From contig DASUEN010000171.1 of the NCBI GenBank assembly GCA_036275055.1, forward strand, positions 42,307-106,306: a DNA stretch of 64,000 nucleotides, written 5' to 3'. Source of the DNA: Thermoanaerobaculia bacterium. Lineage in GTDB: Bacteria > Acidobacteriota > Thermoanaerobaculia > Multivoradales > UBA5704. A program made the translations under genes and the position numbers. Positions 31,641 through 39,580 of the stretch are shown in pieces (position 1 is the stretch's first letter; each line of letters starts with the position of its first letter). The notes below the pieces were generated by a model, which saw only the letters and a program-made list of their open reading frames with translations, was not told the origin of the DNA and ran no database searches.

Positions 31641-32996
31641 TCACAAAGAGGGTGTCCCACCTTCAAATTTCACCCCACAAGGTCGGGGTATCCAGGTTGC
31701 TCTTAGATGAGATGAGATGACTTTTGGATAGTCATTTGTAAGGAAGGTGCCATCGGCGACAGCATTCACCAAAGACGCCCAAAGTTGTAGGCTATCTCTT
31801 GTAAGCCCCCATTCGCCCAACTGTCGACCTACTTTCTTGGCTAACGAGATCGCCTCATGAGACTCCTGAAGCAGCAGGCGGACTTGTATGCGGTCTATTG
31901 CCAGCAGCGTAGCATCGAAATACAGATGGGCTTGCATGTAGGTATTGGCAGCATTGTCAAGGAATCTCTTGGCGTACTGATACGCTTGATTTGCAAGAGC
32001 GATCCGACCTCTCAGCCAAAGATAATCCCCGGTAATTTGTGGATCAGAATGGCGAGCATATAAATAAGTGTAGGTCTCAACTATGGAACCTGCTTCTTCC
32101 ACCTCTCCCAAGCTCAGGTAGCAACGGGCTAGGGTATGGCGTGCTGATAACTCCGCAATGTCAAGCTTTCCTTCTTTGTCAATCTGAATTAGGACCGCTA
32201 GCCCCTCTTCCGCGATTTCGATAGCGTGGGCTGGATCAACGTGAGTCACGATATACGCCTGTTGAATGAGCGTAAGGGCGACACCTTTGAGATCTCCCAC
32301 TTTGCGAAACATAGATATAACTCGGGTTAGCAGGGCTGCTCCCTCCAAGAAGAGTCCAATGGCGTATAGCAAGTTTGCGGTATTGACTCCTAACATAGCG
32401 TCCTCAAGCATGTCGCCCGAACCGTGCGTCAGTTCACGCCGTGCCAACTCCAAGGCTTCTGCCGCTCCCGTCAAGTCTCCTGCGCGAGTTTTTACCATTC
32501 CAACATTAGAGAACGCCTGTCCTCTGCAATCATGCACCAATCCGGGTCCGTATTGGTCTTCAGGTAACCTGAGTGCTATTTCTAAGGCTAGCTCGGCTAG
32601 GTCTACGCCATATAGAACATCCACTCGGCAAGCGATCCGTACCAATTTCGTAACGTGCGCGAAGAATTCGATGGTCTGGAGAAGGGGATTTCCTCGTACG
32701 ACCTGGAGGCGAAACGGGTGTTCAGATTCTTTTAGCCAGTCCCACAACTCAGCGGCCTTGCCCTTCTGCTCTTCGCGCTCGATCTGAGCGAGCTGCGCAG
32801 CAAATGATGCACGAGAGAAAGCCCGATCGTAACTGCTTGTGAGATAAGCATCCCTAAAGGACTGAAGCACCGCTCCGCATCGTTGGCATTGGGTCAAGAG
32901 GTGAGCCACCACGGACTGGCACTCCTCCCTATTGTTTAGGGAGCCGGCAAGGAACAGAGATAGGGACTCGACAGAGGGGTGGTCCGTACGCGGCAT
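31641..32996 (-). CDS. Soluble protein with N-terminal anti-sigma-type zinc finger (zf-HC2/ZAS-like) and a ~380-aa TPR-like helical repeat domain
   Basis: 451 aa with an AGGAG RBS. The N-terminus SLSLFLAGSLNNREECQSVVAHLLTQCQRCGAVL follows the anti-sigma zinc-finger pattern (H-x4-C-x2-C here). No TM segment. Repeated helical hairpins run throughout. Confidence 0.75.
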   Translation of the reverse strand: MPRTDHPSVESLSLFLAGSLNNREECQSVVAHLLTQCQRCGAVLQSFRDAYLTSSYDRAFSRASFAAQLAQIEREEQKGKAAELWDWLKESEHPFRLQVVRGNPLLQTIEFFAHVTKLVRIACRVDVLYGVDLAELALEIALRLPEDQYGPGLVHDCRGQAFSNVGMVKTRAGDLTGAAEALELARRELTHGSGDMLEDAMLGVNTANLLYAIGLFLEGAALLTRVISMFRKVGDLKGVALTLIQQAYIVTHVDPAHAIEIAEEGLAVLIQIDKEGKLDIAELSARHTLARCYLSLGEVEEAGSIVETYTYLYARHSDPQITGDYLWLRGRIALANQAYQYAKRFLDNAANTYMQAHLYFDATLLAIDRIQVRLLLQESHEAISLAKKVGRQLGEWGLTRDSLQLWASLVNAVADGTFLTNDYPKVISSHLRATWIPRPCGVKFEGGTPSL

Positions 32997-33052
32997 GAGA
33001 ATAGGCTCCTATTGGGTAATTCGCCGCAGTATACTTCATTCTTGTCAAGAAA

Positions 33053-33076
33053 GCCCCAGGTACTTTCCCCTGGGGC
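33053..33076 (-). terminator. Hairpin with short U-tract between the peptide gene and the ZAS-TPR gene (partial terminator)
   Basis: The minus strand reads GCCCCAGG-GGAAAGTA-CCTGGGGC followed by TTTCTTGAC, 15 nt after the peptide gene stop. Confidence 0.5.
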
Positions 33077-33090
33077 CGGAGACTTGGCCA

Positions 33091-33384
33091 CTAGCTGTGG
33101 GTGCATCCCCAAGGGTCAATCGATCCCCTGATATCGCAGGTCGGTGAGTCCTGTTGAGATGAGATGGAGGCAGTCCCGCATAGCCCCCACGGATCAATGC
33201 TACCCCGTAGGCAGGTTGCCTCAGTGAGCTTGACCAGTACGGAGGTAAGACGGTCCCATGCTGAGATTGCAGTAGGACGGGCTGCCGCCCCCCTTCCCCC
33301 TCTTGGCTTCTGGGCTTCCAACGGGCTACAGAGGGTCAAAGACAGGGCTAAGGCGCCGAGAGCAAAGGCTATGCGCTTCCTCAT
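33091..33384 (-). CDS. Small secreted peptide precursor with two Cys-bracketed RGSIDPWG repeats
   Basis: 97 aa with a GGAAGGA RBS. Signal peptide MRKRIAFALGALALSLTLCSPLEA|Q. Mature part contains TCLRGSIDPWGLC and TCDIRGSIDPWGC. Confidence 0.6.
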   Translation of the reverse strand: MRKRIAFALGALALSLTLCSPLEAQKPRGGRGAAARPTAISAWDRLTSVLVKLTEATCLRGSIDPWGLCGTASISSQQDSPTCDIRGSIDPWGCTHS

Positions 33385-33799
33385 GGGTGCATCCTTCCGA
33401 GGGGGCGGACTTACCTAACCCGGAATGGGATAGGAGTTAGGGCATTCCCCTCCATTTGGACAGTGAGGAAGCTACTCCGTTGGGGCGACATAGGGATAAT
33501 CTCTAAACGTCACAACCTACATGGTTTATCGCGCTAAAACATCGGGCTGCTTGTTTTAACGGGCAGCTTTGAGTCTGGTTCCGTGCTGTCGGAGAGGAAC
33601 AAGATTTCGAGGGGAAGACACCTTGACGCGGCTGGAGGGCGGCTGGGAAAAGAGGGCCGAGGTGATGAGGGTCTTGGGGAGGTGGAAAGCCGGCTGGGAG
33701 CAGACGCCCGGCAGACGGTGCGGCGGGAAGGGAACCATCCCGAGCACATCCCCCAGCGTTCCCTGCTACTCTTGAGGACATCCTGATTTCGAGGTCCGG

Positions 33800-34432
33800 A
33801 TGTCCGACGCTGACGCAGCCATTCAGGCGATCGTCGCCGATCTCCAGGCGGGGCGGGCCGTCGAGGAGGGCTTTCGTCTCCTCTGCGAGCGCTTTCACCG
33901 CCCGGTGTACAGGTTCTTCGCCCGGCGCGGCTTCCCCGAGGCCGACTGCTTCGACCTAACCCAGGAGACATTCCTTGGGATCTATAGGGGGATCGGGTCG
34001 TTCCGGCGCGATGCCCCGTTCACGACCTGGCTGTTCAAGGTGGCGACCAATGCCTACCGCAAGCGTCTGCGCCTGCAGGGCGCGGGAAAGCGGGCCGGCT
34101 ACGAGGTCCCCTTGAGCTCCCAGCCTGAGGAAGAGGACGATCGCCCCGCCTTCCAGCCCGTGGCGCCGGGTCCTCTTCCCGAGGCCTCACTGCTTCAGGC
34201 CGAGCGCGCCCGGCTGCTGCGCGAGGCCGTCCACGAGTTGCCGGACCAGATGCGGAAGTGCTTGATCTTGAACGTTTACCATGAGCTCAAGATGAGGGAG
34301 ATCGGCCAATTGCTCCACCTGTCGCCCGAGACGGTGAAGGTCCACCTCTTCCAGGCGCGGCGGCGGCTGCACAAGGCACTGGGCCCCCTCTTCGCGAGCT
34401 CCATGCCGGACGGAGGCGAGGCATCGTCATGA
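33800..34432 (+). CDS. ECF (group 4) RNA polymerase sigma factor
   Basis: Region 2 is FDLTQETFLGIY...TWLFKVATN. Region 4 is DQMRKCLILNVYHELKMREIGQLLHLSPETVKVHLFQARRRL. Confidence 0.9.
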   Translation: MSDADAAIQAIVADLQAGRAVEEGFRLLCERFHRPVYRFFARRGFPEADCFDLTQETFLGIYRGIGSFRRDAPFTTWLFKVATNAYRKRLRLQGAGKRAGYEVPLSSQPEEEDDRPAFQPVAPGPLPEASLLQAERARLLREAVHELPDQMRKCLILNVYHELKMREIGQLLHLSPETVKVHLFQARRRLHKALGPLFASSMPDGGEASS

Positions 34433-35238
34433 GCGATCAAGAGCCCGAGATCCGCCAGGCCGTGGAGGAGTGGACGGCCGAGACCGGCGGGGCCGGCGAG
34501 GGCGGCGGCGAGCACCCCGACGCGGAAACGCTGGCCGCCTACCATACCCGCGAGCTGCCGCCCGCGGCGGAGCAGCGCATCCAGGATCACCTCCTGCTCT
34601 GCCGCGAGTGCGCCGGGTTGCTGCTCGACCTCGAAGAGCTGGACGACCCGGATTTCGGCCGCGAGATCGAGGTTCCCGCGGGCACGGGAGAGGCCCTCTG
34701 GGACGGCCTGCGGCAGGAGATCACCCGCAAGGAGCCGGCGCCACCGGCGGCTGCGGTGATCCCGTTCCCCTCCCGCCCGCGCCCGGCTCCGCCGCTCTGG
34801 ATCTCCTCCCTGGTCGCCGCCCTCGTGGTGGCCGTGATCGGCCTCTCCGTCTGGGTCGCGTCGCTGCGCCGGACCGTGGGGGAGCTGTCCCGGCCGGAGG
34901 TCAACTCCACGGTGCTGGACCTCGTCCCCCGCGGCATCGGGCAGCGGGAAGGGGGGGAGGTACCGGCCGCCGTGGTGCCGTCCGGCTCCCGCATGGTCAC
35001 GCTCATCCTGAGCCCTGCCCGGCGTGGGGATTTCCAGGATTACGAAGCGGAGATCGCGCGCGCCGCCGGCGGGGCGGTGTGGCGGGAGCGGGGGCTGCGG
35101 CCGAACGACTACGGCTCGTTCAGCCTGACCCTGCCGCGCCGGGCCCTCGGCACCGGCGAGCACCGGCTCCGCCTGTTCGGCATCCGGAATGGCGCCCGGG
35201 AGGTCCTCGGCGAGTATGCGTTGCGGCTCGCGCCCTGA
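34429..35238 (+). CDS. Zinc-finger (ZAS, H-x3-C-x2-C) transmembrane anti-sigma factor
   Basis: ATGA overlap with the sigma gene. HLLLCRECAGLL motif; single TM LWISSLVAALVVAVIGLSVWVA; extracytoplasmic domain of about 125 aa. Confidence 0.8.
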   Translation: MSDQEPEIRQAVEEWTAETGGAGEGGGEHPDAETLAAYHTRELPPAAEQRIQDHLLLCRECAGLLLDLEELDDPDFGREIEVPAGTGEALWDGLRQEITRKEPAPPAAAVIPFPSRPRPAPPLWISSLVAALVVAVIGLSVWVASLRRTVGELSRPEVNSTVLDLVPRGIGQREGGEVPAAVVPSGSRMVTLILSPARRGDFQDYEAEIARAAGGAVWRERGLRPNDYGSFSLTLPRRALGTGEHRLRLFGIRNGAREVLGEYALRLAP

Positions 35239-38188
35239 GACGGCGGCGCTCCTGGCTGCCGCTCTCCTGCTCGCCGGCTGCGAGCGGTCGCCGCCGGTGC
35301 ACAAGCCGGCGGCGGGTTCCCCCGCGCCGCGCGTCGCTCCAGCCCGCCCTGCCGCCGCCCGGCTCCTTCGCCTCGCTCCGGGAGTCCTCGACGAAGTCGT
35401 GCTGAAGGGCGGCGAGGAAAGCGCCTATCTCCTCGATCTCGCTACGGGTCAGTACGCTGGCCTGGTGGTCGATCAGCAGGGGATCGACGTGGAGGTGAGG
35501 CTGCGGGCGCCCGGCGGGAAGATCGTGGCCGCCGTCGACAGCCTCAACGGCATGATCGGGCCTGAGCCCCTGCCGTTCGTGGCCGAGACCGGCGGACGCT
35601 TCCGGCTGGAGATCGGGTCGTCCTCTCGTGGAGCACCAGCCGGCCGCTACGTCCTGCGTCTCGAAGCCTTGCGCCCGGCGACCGCGCGAGACCGCGCCCT
35701 GGTGGAGGCCGAGCGGGAGCTGGCGGAAGGGGAACGGCTCTACCAAGCGGGCACTCCCGCGTCTCTTCAGGCGGCCCTGGCGCGCGAGAAAGAGGTCCTC
35801 GCTCGCTTCCGCGTTCTCGGCCTGCCTGCACGAGAGGCCGAAGCTCTGTTCAGTCTGGGAAGTATCCACGAGAAACTGGACGCGGGGGAGGCTGCCGCCA
35901 GTGACTTCCGGCAGGCCCTGGAGATCTTCAGCGGCCTGGGGGACGAGGCGCGGGCGGGGGTCACACTCGGCAATCTCGGTACGTTGGAGCGCGCTCAAAG
36001 CGGCCGGCGGGCACTCACCTTACTTCGCCAGGCACTCCCTTTGCTCCGCCGGTCCCACAACCGGCTGGAAGAGGCCGCGACCCTGAGCAACATTGGTAAG
36101 GCTGCCATGGAGGTTGGCGAAACCGGCGAGGCCCTCGCGGCTTTCGAGCAGGCGATCTCTCTTGAGCGCTCCCTGGGCGATCGAGCCGACGAGGGGAAAT
36201 TGTTGCTCAATCTCGGTTTATTGGAGACCGACCTGGGCCAGACGTCACGGGCTCTCGATCACCTCGGCCAGGCCGTGGCACTGCTGCAGGCCGCCGGGGA
36301 TCGCCGCGGGCTGGGCGTGGCCCTGGCCCGGACGGGGATGGCTCTTGCGGACGGCGGCCACCCCCGTGGAGAGGTCGTGGCGGCTTTTCAGCGCGCCCTC
36401 CGGCTCCAGCGCGAAATTGGAGACCGGCGCCGGGAAGCCGTGACACTCACCAATCTGGGCTGGTACTACCATCAGCAAGGAGAGATCCGGCAGGCGGAAC
36501 AGATTTTCCGTGAGACGCTCGCCATCTTCCAGGCCCGTGGCGATCGCGGCGAGGAGGCCGGAGCCCTCGTCAACCTGGGCGGTATCGATCTGGAGCGCGG
36601 GCGTCTCGCTGAGGCCGAGAAGTCCTTTCTGCGAGCGCAGGCTCTCTTCACCGAGATCGGTGATCCTGAGGAAGAGGCCACCGCCCTGTTTTTCTTGGCA
36701 CGGGTTCGGCGCGCCGAAGGGCAGCTTGTGGCGGCCTTCACCGCCATCGAAAGCGCTGCCGCCCGCATCGAGGCGCTCCGCAGCAAACCGCCCAGCCCGG
36801 ACCTGCGCCTCACGTTCTTCGCCTCCAAACAGGATATTTATGGGCTCCGCGTCGATCTCCTGATGGAGCTTCACCAGGACGCGCAGGCTCTGATGGCCAG
36901 CGAGGAGGCGCGGGCACGCACGCTCCTCGACCTCCTGGACAAGGTGGACGTCCAGCCGGCGGGCTCCGGCACTCTACTGACCTCCCGGGAGATCCAACGG
37001 CAGGTCGTGGAGAAAGGCACGCTCCTCCTCGAATACTCCCTGGGAAAGGAGCGCAGCTTCCTGTGGGCCGTGACGCCGGAGTCGCTGGAGAGCTTCGAGC
37101 TTCCCTCACGAAAAGTGCTGGAAGAGGAAGCCCGCAACGCCGCGTTCCTCCTGGCGTCCAGCGGCCGGACCCTCGCGCGTGCGCAGACCGACCTGGCTCT
37201 GGCCGGCCTTTCCCGCCGGCTGCTCGGGCCGGCGGCTCACCGGCTGCGCGCAGCGGACCGGCTGGTGGTCGTCCCGGACGGTGCGCTCTGGGCCGTCTCC
37301 TTCGCAGCCCTGCCGGACCCCGACACTGGCGCGCCGCTCATCGCCGGCCATGAGATCGTCTCCCTCCCCTCGGCCTCGGTGCTGCCCCGGCTGCGCGCCG
37401 CCGCTGCGGGGCGGCACCCGGCAGCCGGCGCGGTCGCCGTGGTGGCCGATCCCGTCTTCAGCGCCAACGATCCGCGGGTGACGCCCCCTCCAGGGGTGCC
37501 CACGGCGGCTCCCGAGCCCCGAGGCGGCCCTGTGGCACCTTTCGCAAGGCTGCCCTTCTCCCGCGCCGAAGCGCAGGCGATCCTTTCCGTGGCTCCTCGC
37601 GAGGGGACGCTCGCAGCCCTCGACTTCGCGGCGAGCCGCGAAACCGTCCTCAGCGGCCGCCTGGCCCGGTACCGGATCGTCCACTTCGCGACCCATGCCC
37701 TCCTGAATACCGAAAACCCCGAGCTTTCGGGAGTCATGCTCTCGCAGGTCGACCCCCACGGCCGCCCGCGCGACGGTTTCCTACGGCTCGACGACGTCTA
37801 CCGGCTGAACCTTGCCGCGGACCTGGTGGTGCTTTCCGCCTGCCGGACGGCGCTCGGCCGGGAAATCCGCGGCGAGGGTCTGGTCGGCCTCACCCGGGGC
37901 TTCTTCTCGGCCGGCGCCCGCCAGGTCCTGGTCAGTCTCTGGCCGGTGGAGGACCGCGCCACCGCCGAGCTCATGCAGCGCTTCTATCTCGAGATGCTCG
38001 GCCGGGGGCGTCCGCCCGCCGCCGCTCTCCGGGAGGCGCAGATCGCGATGTGGAGAGACGAGAGCCGGCGGCCGGCCTATTACTGGGCGGGATTCACCCT
38101 CCAGGGGGATTGGCACACGGCGGATAAACCATTTTCCCCGAAGCGGATCTCTAAACCCTCCATACGGCGAACCCAATCCGGAGGATGA
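35216..38188 (+). CDS. Lipoprotein with N-terminal beta domain, TPR array and C-terminal CHAT (caspase-like) protease domain
   Basis: Lipobox LLLAGC (alternative start 35189). At least six TPR-like units (xLxNLG motifs). CHAT catalytic dyad context: IVHFATHA (His) and LVVLSACRTALG (Cys). It overlaps the anti-sigma gene by 23 nt. Confidence 0.9.
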   Translation: MRCGSRPETAALLAAALLLAGCERSPPVHKPAAGSPAPRVAPARPAAARLLRLAPGVLDEVVLKGGEESAYLLDLATGQYAGLVVDQQGIDVEVRLRAPGGKIVAAVDSLNGMIGPEPLPFVAETGGRFRLEIGSSSRGAPAGRYVLRLEALRPATARDRALVEAERELAEGERLYQAGTPASLQAALAREKEVLARFRVLGLPAREAEALFSLGSIHEKLDAGEAAASDFRQALEIFSGLGDEARAGVTLGNLGTLERAQSGRRALTLLRQALPLLRRSHNRLEEAATLSNIGKAAMEVGETGEALAAFEQAISLERSLGDRADEGKLLLNLGLLETDLGQTSRALDHLGQAVALLQAAGDRRGLGVALARTGMALADGGHPRGEVVAAFQRALRLQREIGDRRREAVTLTNLGWYYHQQGEIRQAEQIFRETLAIFQARGDRGEEAGALVNLGGIDLERGRLAEAEKSFLRAQALFTEIGDPEEEATALFFLARVRRAEGQLVAAFTAIESAAARIEALRSKPPSPDLRLTFFASKQDIYGLRVDLLMELHQDAQALMASEEARARTLLDLLDKVDVQPAGSGTLLTSREIQRQVVEKGTLLLEYSLGKERSFLWAVTPESLESFELPSRKVLEEEARNAAFLLASSGRTLARAQTDLALAGLSRRLLGPAAHRLRAADRLVVVPDGALWAVSFAALPDPDTGAPLIAGHEIVSLPSASVLPRLRAAAAGRHPAAGAVAVVADPVFSANDPRVTPPPGVPTAAPEPRGGPVAPFARLPFSRAEAQAILSVAPREGTLAALDFAASRETVLSGRLARYRIVHFATHALLNTENPELSGVMLSQVDPHGRPRDGFLRLDDVYRLNLAADLVVLSACRTALGREIRGEGLVGLTRGFFSAGARQVLVSLWPVEDRATAELMQRFYLEMLGRGRPPAAALREAQIAMWRDESRRPAYYWAGFTLQGDWHTADKPFSPKRISKPSIRRTQSGG

Positions 38189-38192
38189 GACG

Positions 38193-38507
38193 ATGACCAT
38201 TTCGACAGTGACCCCGCGTTCGATTCCGGCGACCCCCCGTGTCTCGGTGATCCGAGATTGCGTGCTCGGACTGTGCCTCATGCACGAGCTGGCCTTCTTG
38301 TGCCTTTTGCGCGAGTTGGACCTGAGGTTCCGGCGGCGATCACGGCCCAAAAACTCGGATTCCGCCGCCCGCAGGAGTGACGGCGAAAGCCCGAAGAGCC
38401 GCCTCAGAGAATTTGTCTACCGGCGCCTCGACCATGTGATCAACACCGCCACTGGAACCATCATCGACATCGACGACAAGGTCAAGACGGGCCCTGGCCA
38501 AGGGTGA
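38193..38507 (+). CDS. Small hypothetical protein (104 aa), last gene of the sigma/anti-sigma/CHAT operon
   Basis: GGAGGA lies 7 nt before ATG 38193, which is 4 nt after the CHAT stop. A Cys-rich hydrophobic segment (CVLGLCLMHELAFLCLL) is followed by a basic segment. GC3 is fairly high. Confidence 0.55.
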   Translation: MTISTVTPRSIPATPRVSVIRDCVLGLCLMHELAFLCLLRELDLRFRRRSRPKNSDSAARRSDGESPKSRLREFVYRRLDHVINTATGTIIDIDDKVKTGPGQG

Positions 38508-38550
38508 GCCGCCGGCGAAGATACGGCCACTCTCACCGATTTTCTCGATA

Positions 38551-38584
38551 GGGCGCCCTCCGCGTGGGGCGCCCTTTTCTTTTG
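38551..38584 (+). terminator. Rho-independent terminator
   Basis: GGGCGCCC (38551-38558), an 8-nt loop, GGGCGCCC (38567-38574), then TTTTCTTTT. Confidence 0.7.
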
Positions 38585-38726
38585 ACATCGGCATACGTCG
38601 AGCTGATTCGGGACGAGCCGGTAAACCGAATCTTCCGGAGCGGATCTGTCGCTTCGTGGAATCGCCGGACGGGCCGGCGGCAGCCTGAACGAAAATCATT
38701 CGAAGGTTGGAGCGAAAGGAGCTCTC

Positions 38727-39200
38727 ATGTCAACGTACGTCATTCCCGTCACGACCATCTCGCAGCCGGACATGCAGTACGACTACTACCAAATCAACCC
38801 TCCCCAGCACGCCGAGAAAGCCTACCAGCCAAACCAGGGGGATCAGTTCCCGCCGGTTTCGACAGTGCCGGCGAGGAGCCCGTCCGGACAAGTCGTCGTG
38901 ATGGTGACCAACATCCACAACCAGGTGCCCTTCGCCGTTGGGCAGATGGAGCTTGTCGATTACAACTCTCTGATCCGGTTCAACGGGGGCGTTTTCCCCA
39001 CTCCCGCGCAGGTGCAGCAGATCGTCAATCAGCATCCGGAGATCGTCGCCGCTCACCTCAGTGGACAGACGCCGTTCCTGGCAAGAGTATCCGTTGCGCC
39101 GAACGACCCGATCACCGTGAGGCCGCTCACCGGCGGCTACATGGCGAAAGCCGTCAGCTATGAAGACTTCGTGGCCTGTCACGGAAGGCCCTCGATTTAA
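38727..39200 (+). CDS. Hypothetical protein (157 aa), Gln/Pro-rich N-terminus
   Basis: AAAGGAG RBS. Composition is more AT-rich than the backbone. No signal peptide and no family recognised. Confidence 0.55.
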   Translation: MSTYVIPVTTISQPDMQYDYYQINPPQHAEKAYQPNQGDQFPPVSTVPARSPSGQVVVMVTNIHNQVPFAVGQMELVDYNSLIRFNGGVFPTPAQVQQIVNQHPEIVAAHLSGQTPFLARVSVAPNDPITVRPLTGGYMAKAVSYEDFVACHGRPSI

Positions 39201-39371
39201 CGTCACGAAACCGGCTTTGGCGGGGCAACGGAAGCCCCTGGCGACGGTTTAGGGCGACTTCGGTTGGGAGACCTCGCTGCCGCCCTACGGCTCGCGTTGG
39301 TGGCCTGCGAGGCGTGCCTGGAGCGAAACAGTCGAGCCGCAGGAGCGTAGAAGAAGAGGAAGGAGGACGGC

Positions 39372-39578
39372 ATGGACTTGATCTTCGGGCTCCTCGATCT
39401 GGCCGAGCTGCTTCTCGTACCCTTCGACCTGAGCGGCAGGCGCGCGAAGCGGCGTCAGGAGATGGAGGATCTCGACCGGGGCGTTCCCAAGGATTGGGAA
39501 CGGCTGGCGTCGCCGGCTCAGGGCGGCTCCGAGATCCCGGGCTGCCGGAGGCCGGCGGCAGCCCGGGGCTTCAGGTGA
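39372..39578 (+). CDS. Possible small protein (68 aa)
   Basis: Strong GAAGGAGGA RBS 5 nt upstream of the ATG and high GC3. Its stop lies 2 nt from the stop of the convergent 39581..41794 gene. Confidence 0.35.
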   Translation: MDLIFGLLDLAELLLVPFDLSGRRAKRRQEMEDLDRGVPKDWERLASPAQGGSEIPGCRRPAAARGFR

Positions 39579-39580
39579 TC

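Larger units (their letters stand above)
31296..33420. other. Low-GC island 1 (three co-oriented minus-strand genes)
   Basis: A sampled line at 32041-32100 has 26/60 G+C, against 43/60 in backbone line 24241-24300. Codon usage is visibly AT-richer. The left edge abuts the truncated vapC. Confidence 0.7.

Noticed and set aside
31296-33420. Integrase, transposase or clear direct-repeat att sites delimiting low-GC island 1 (and likewise island 2 at 61766-63257).
   Set aside because: No recombinase gene was found. The only junction similarity (CTATCTCCTAG vs CCTAACTCCTATCC) is too weak to call a target-site duplication. The islands are therefore reported as compositional anomalies only.
33731-33760. 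ECF-type autoregulated promoter GGAAC...CGTT upstream of the ECF sigma gene at 33800.
   Set aside because: The spacing between AAC and CGT is 21 nt, against the usual 16-17 nt. It may be coincidental, so TSS mapping is needed.
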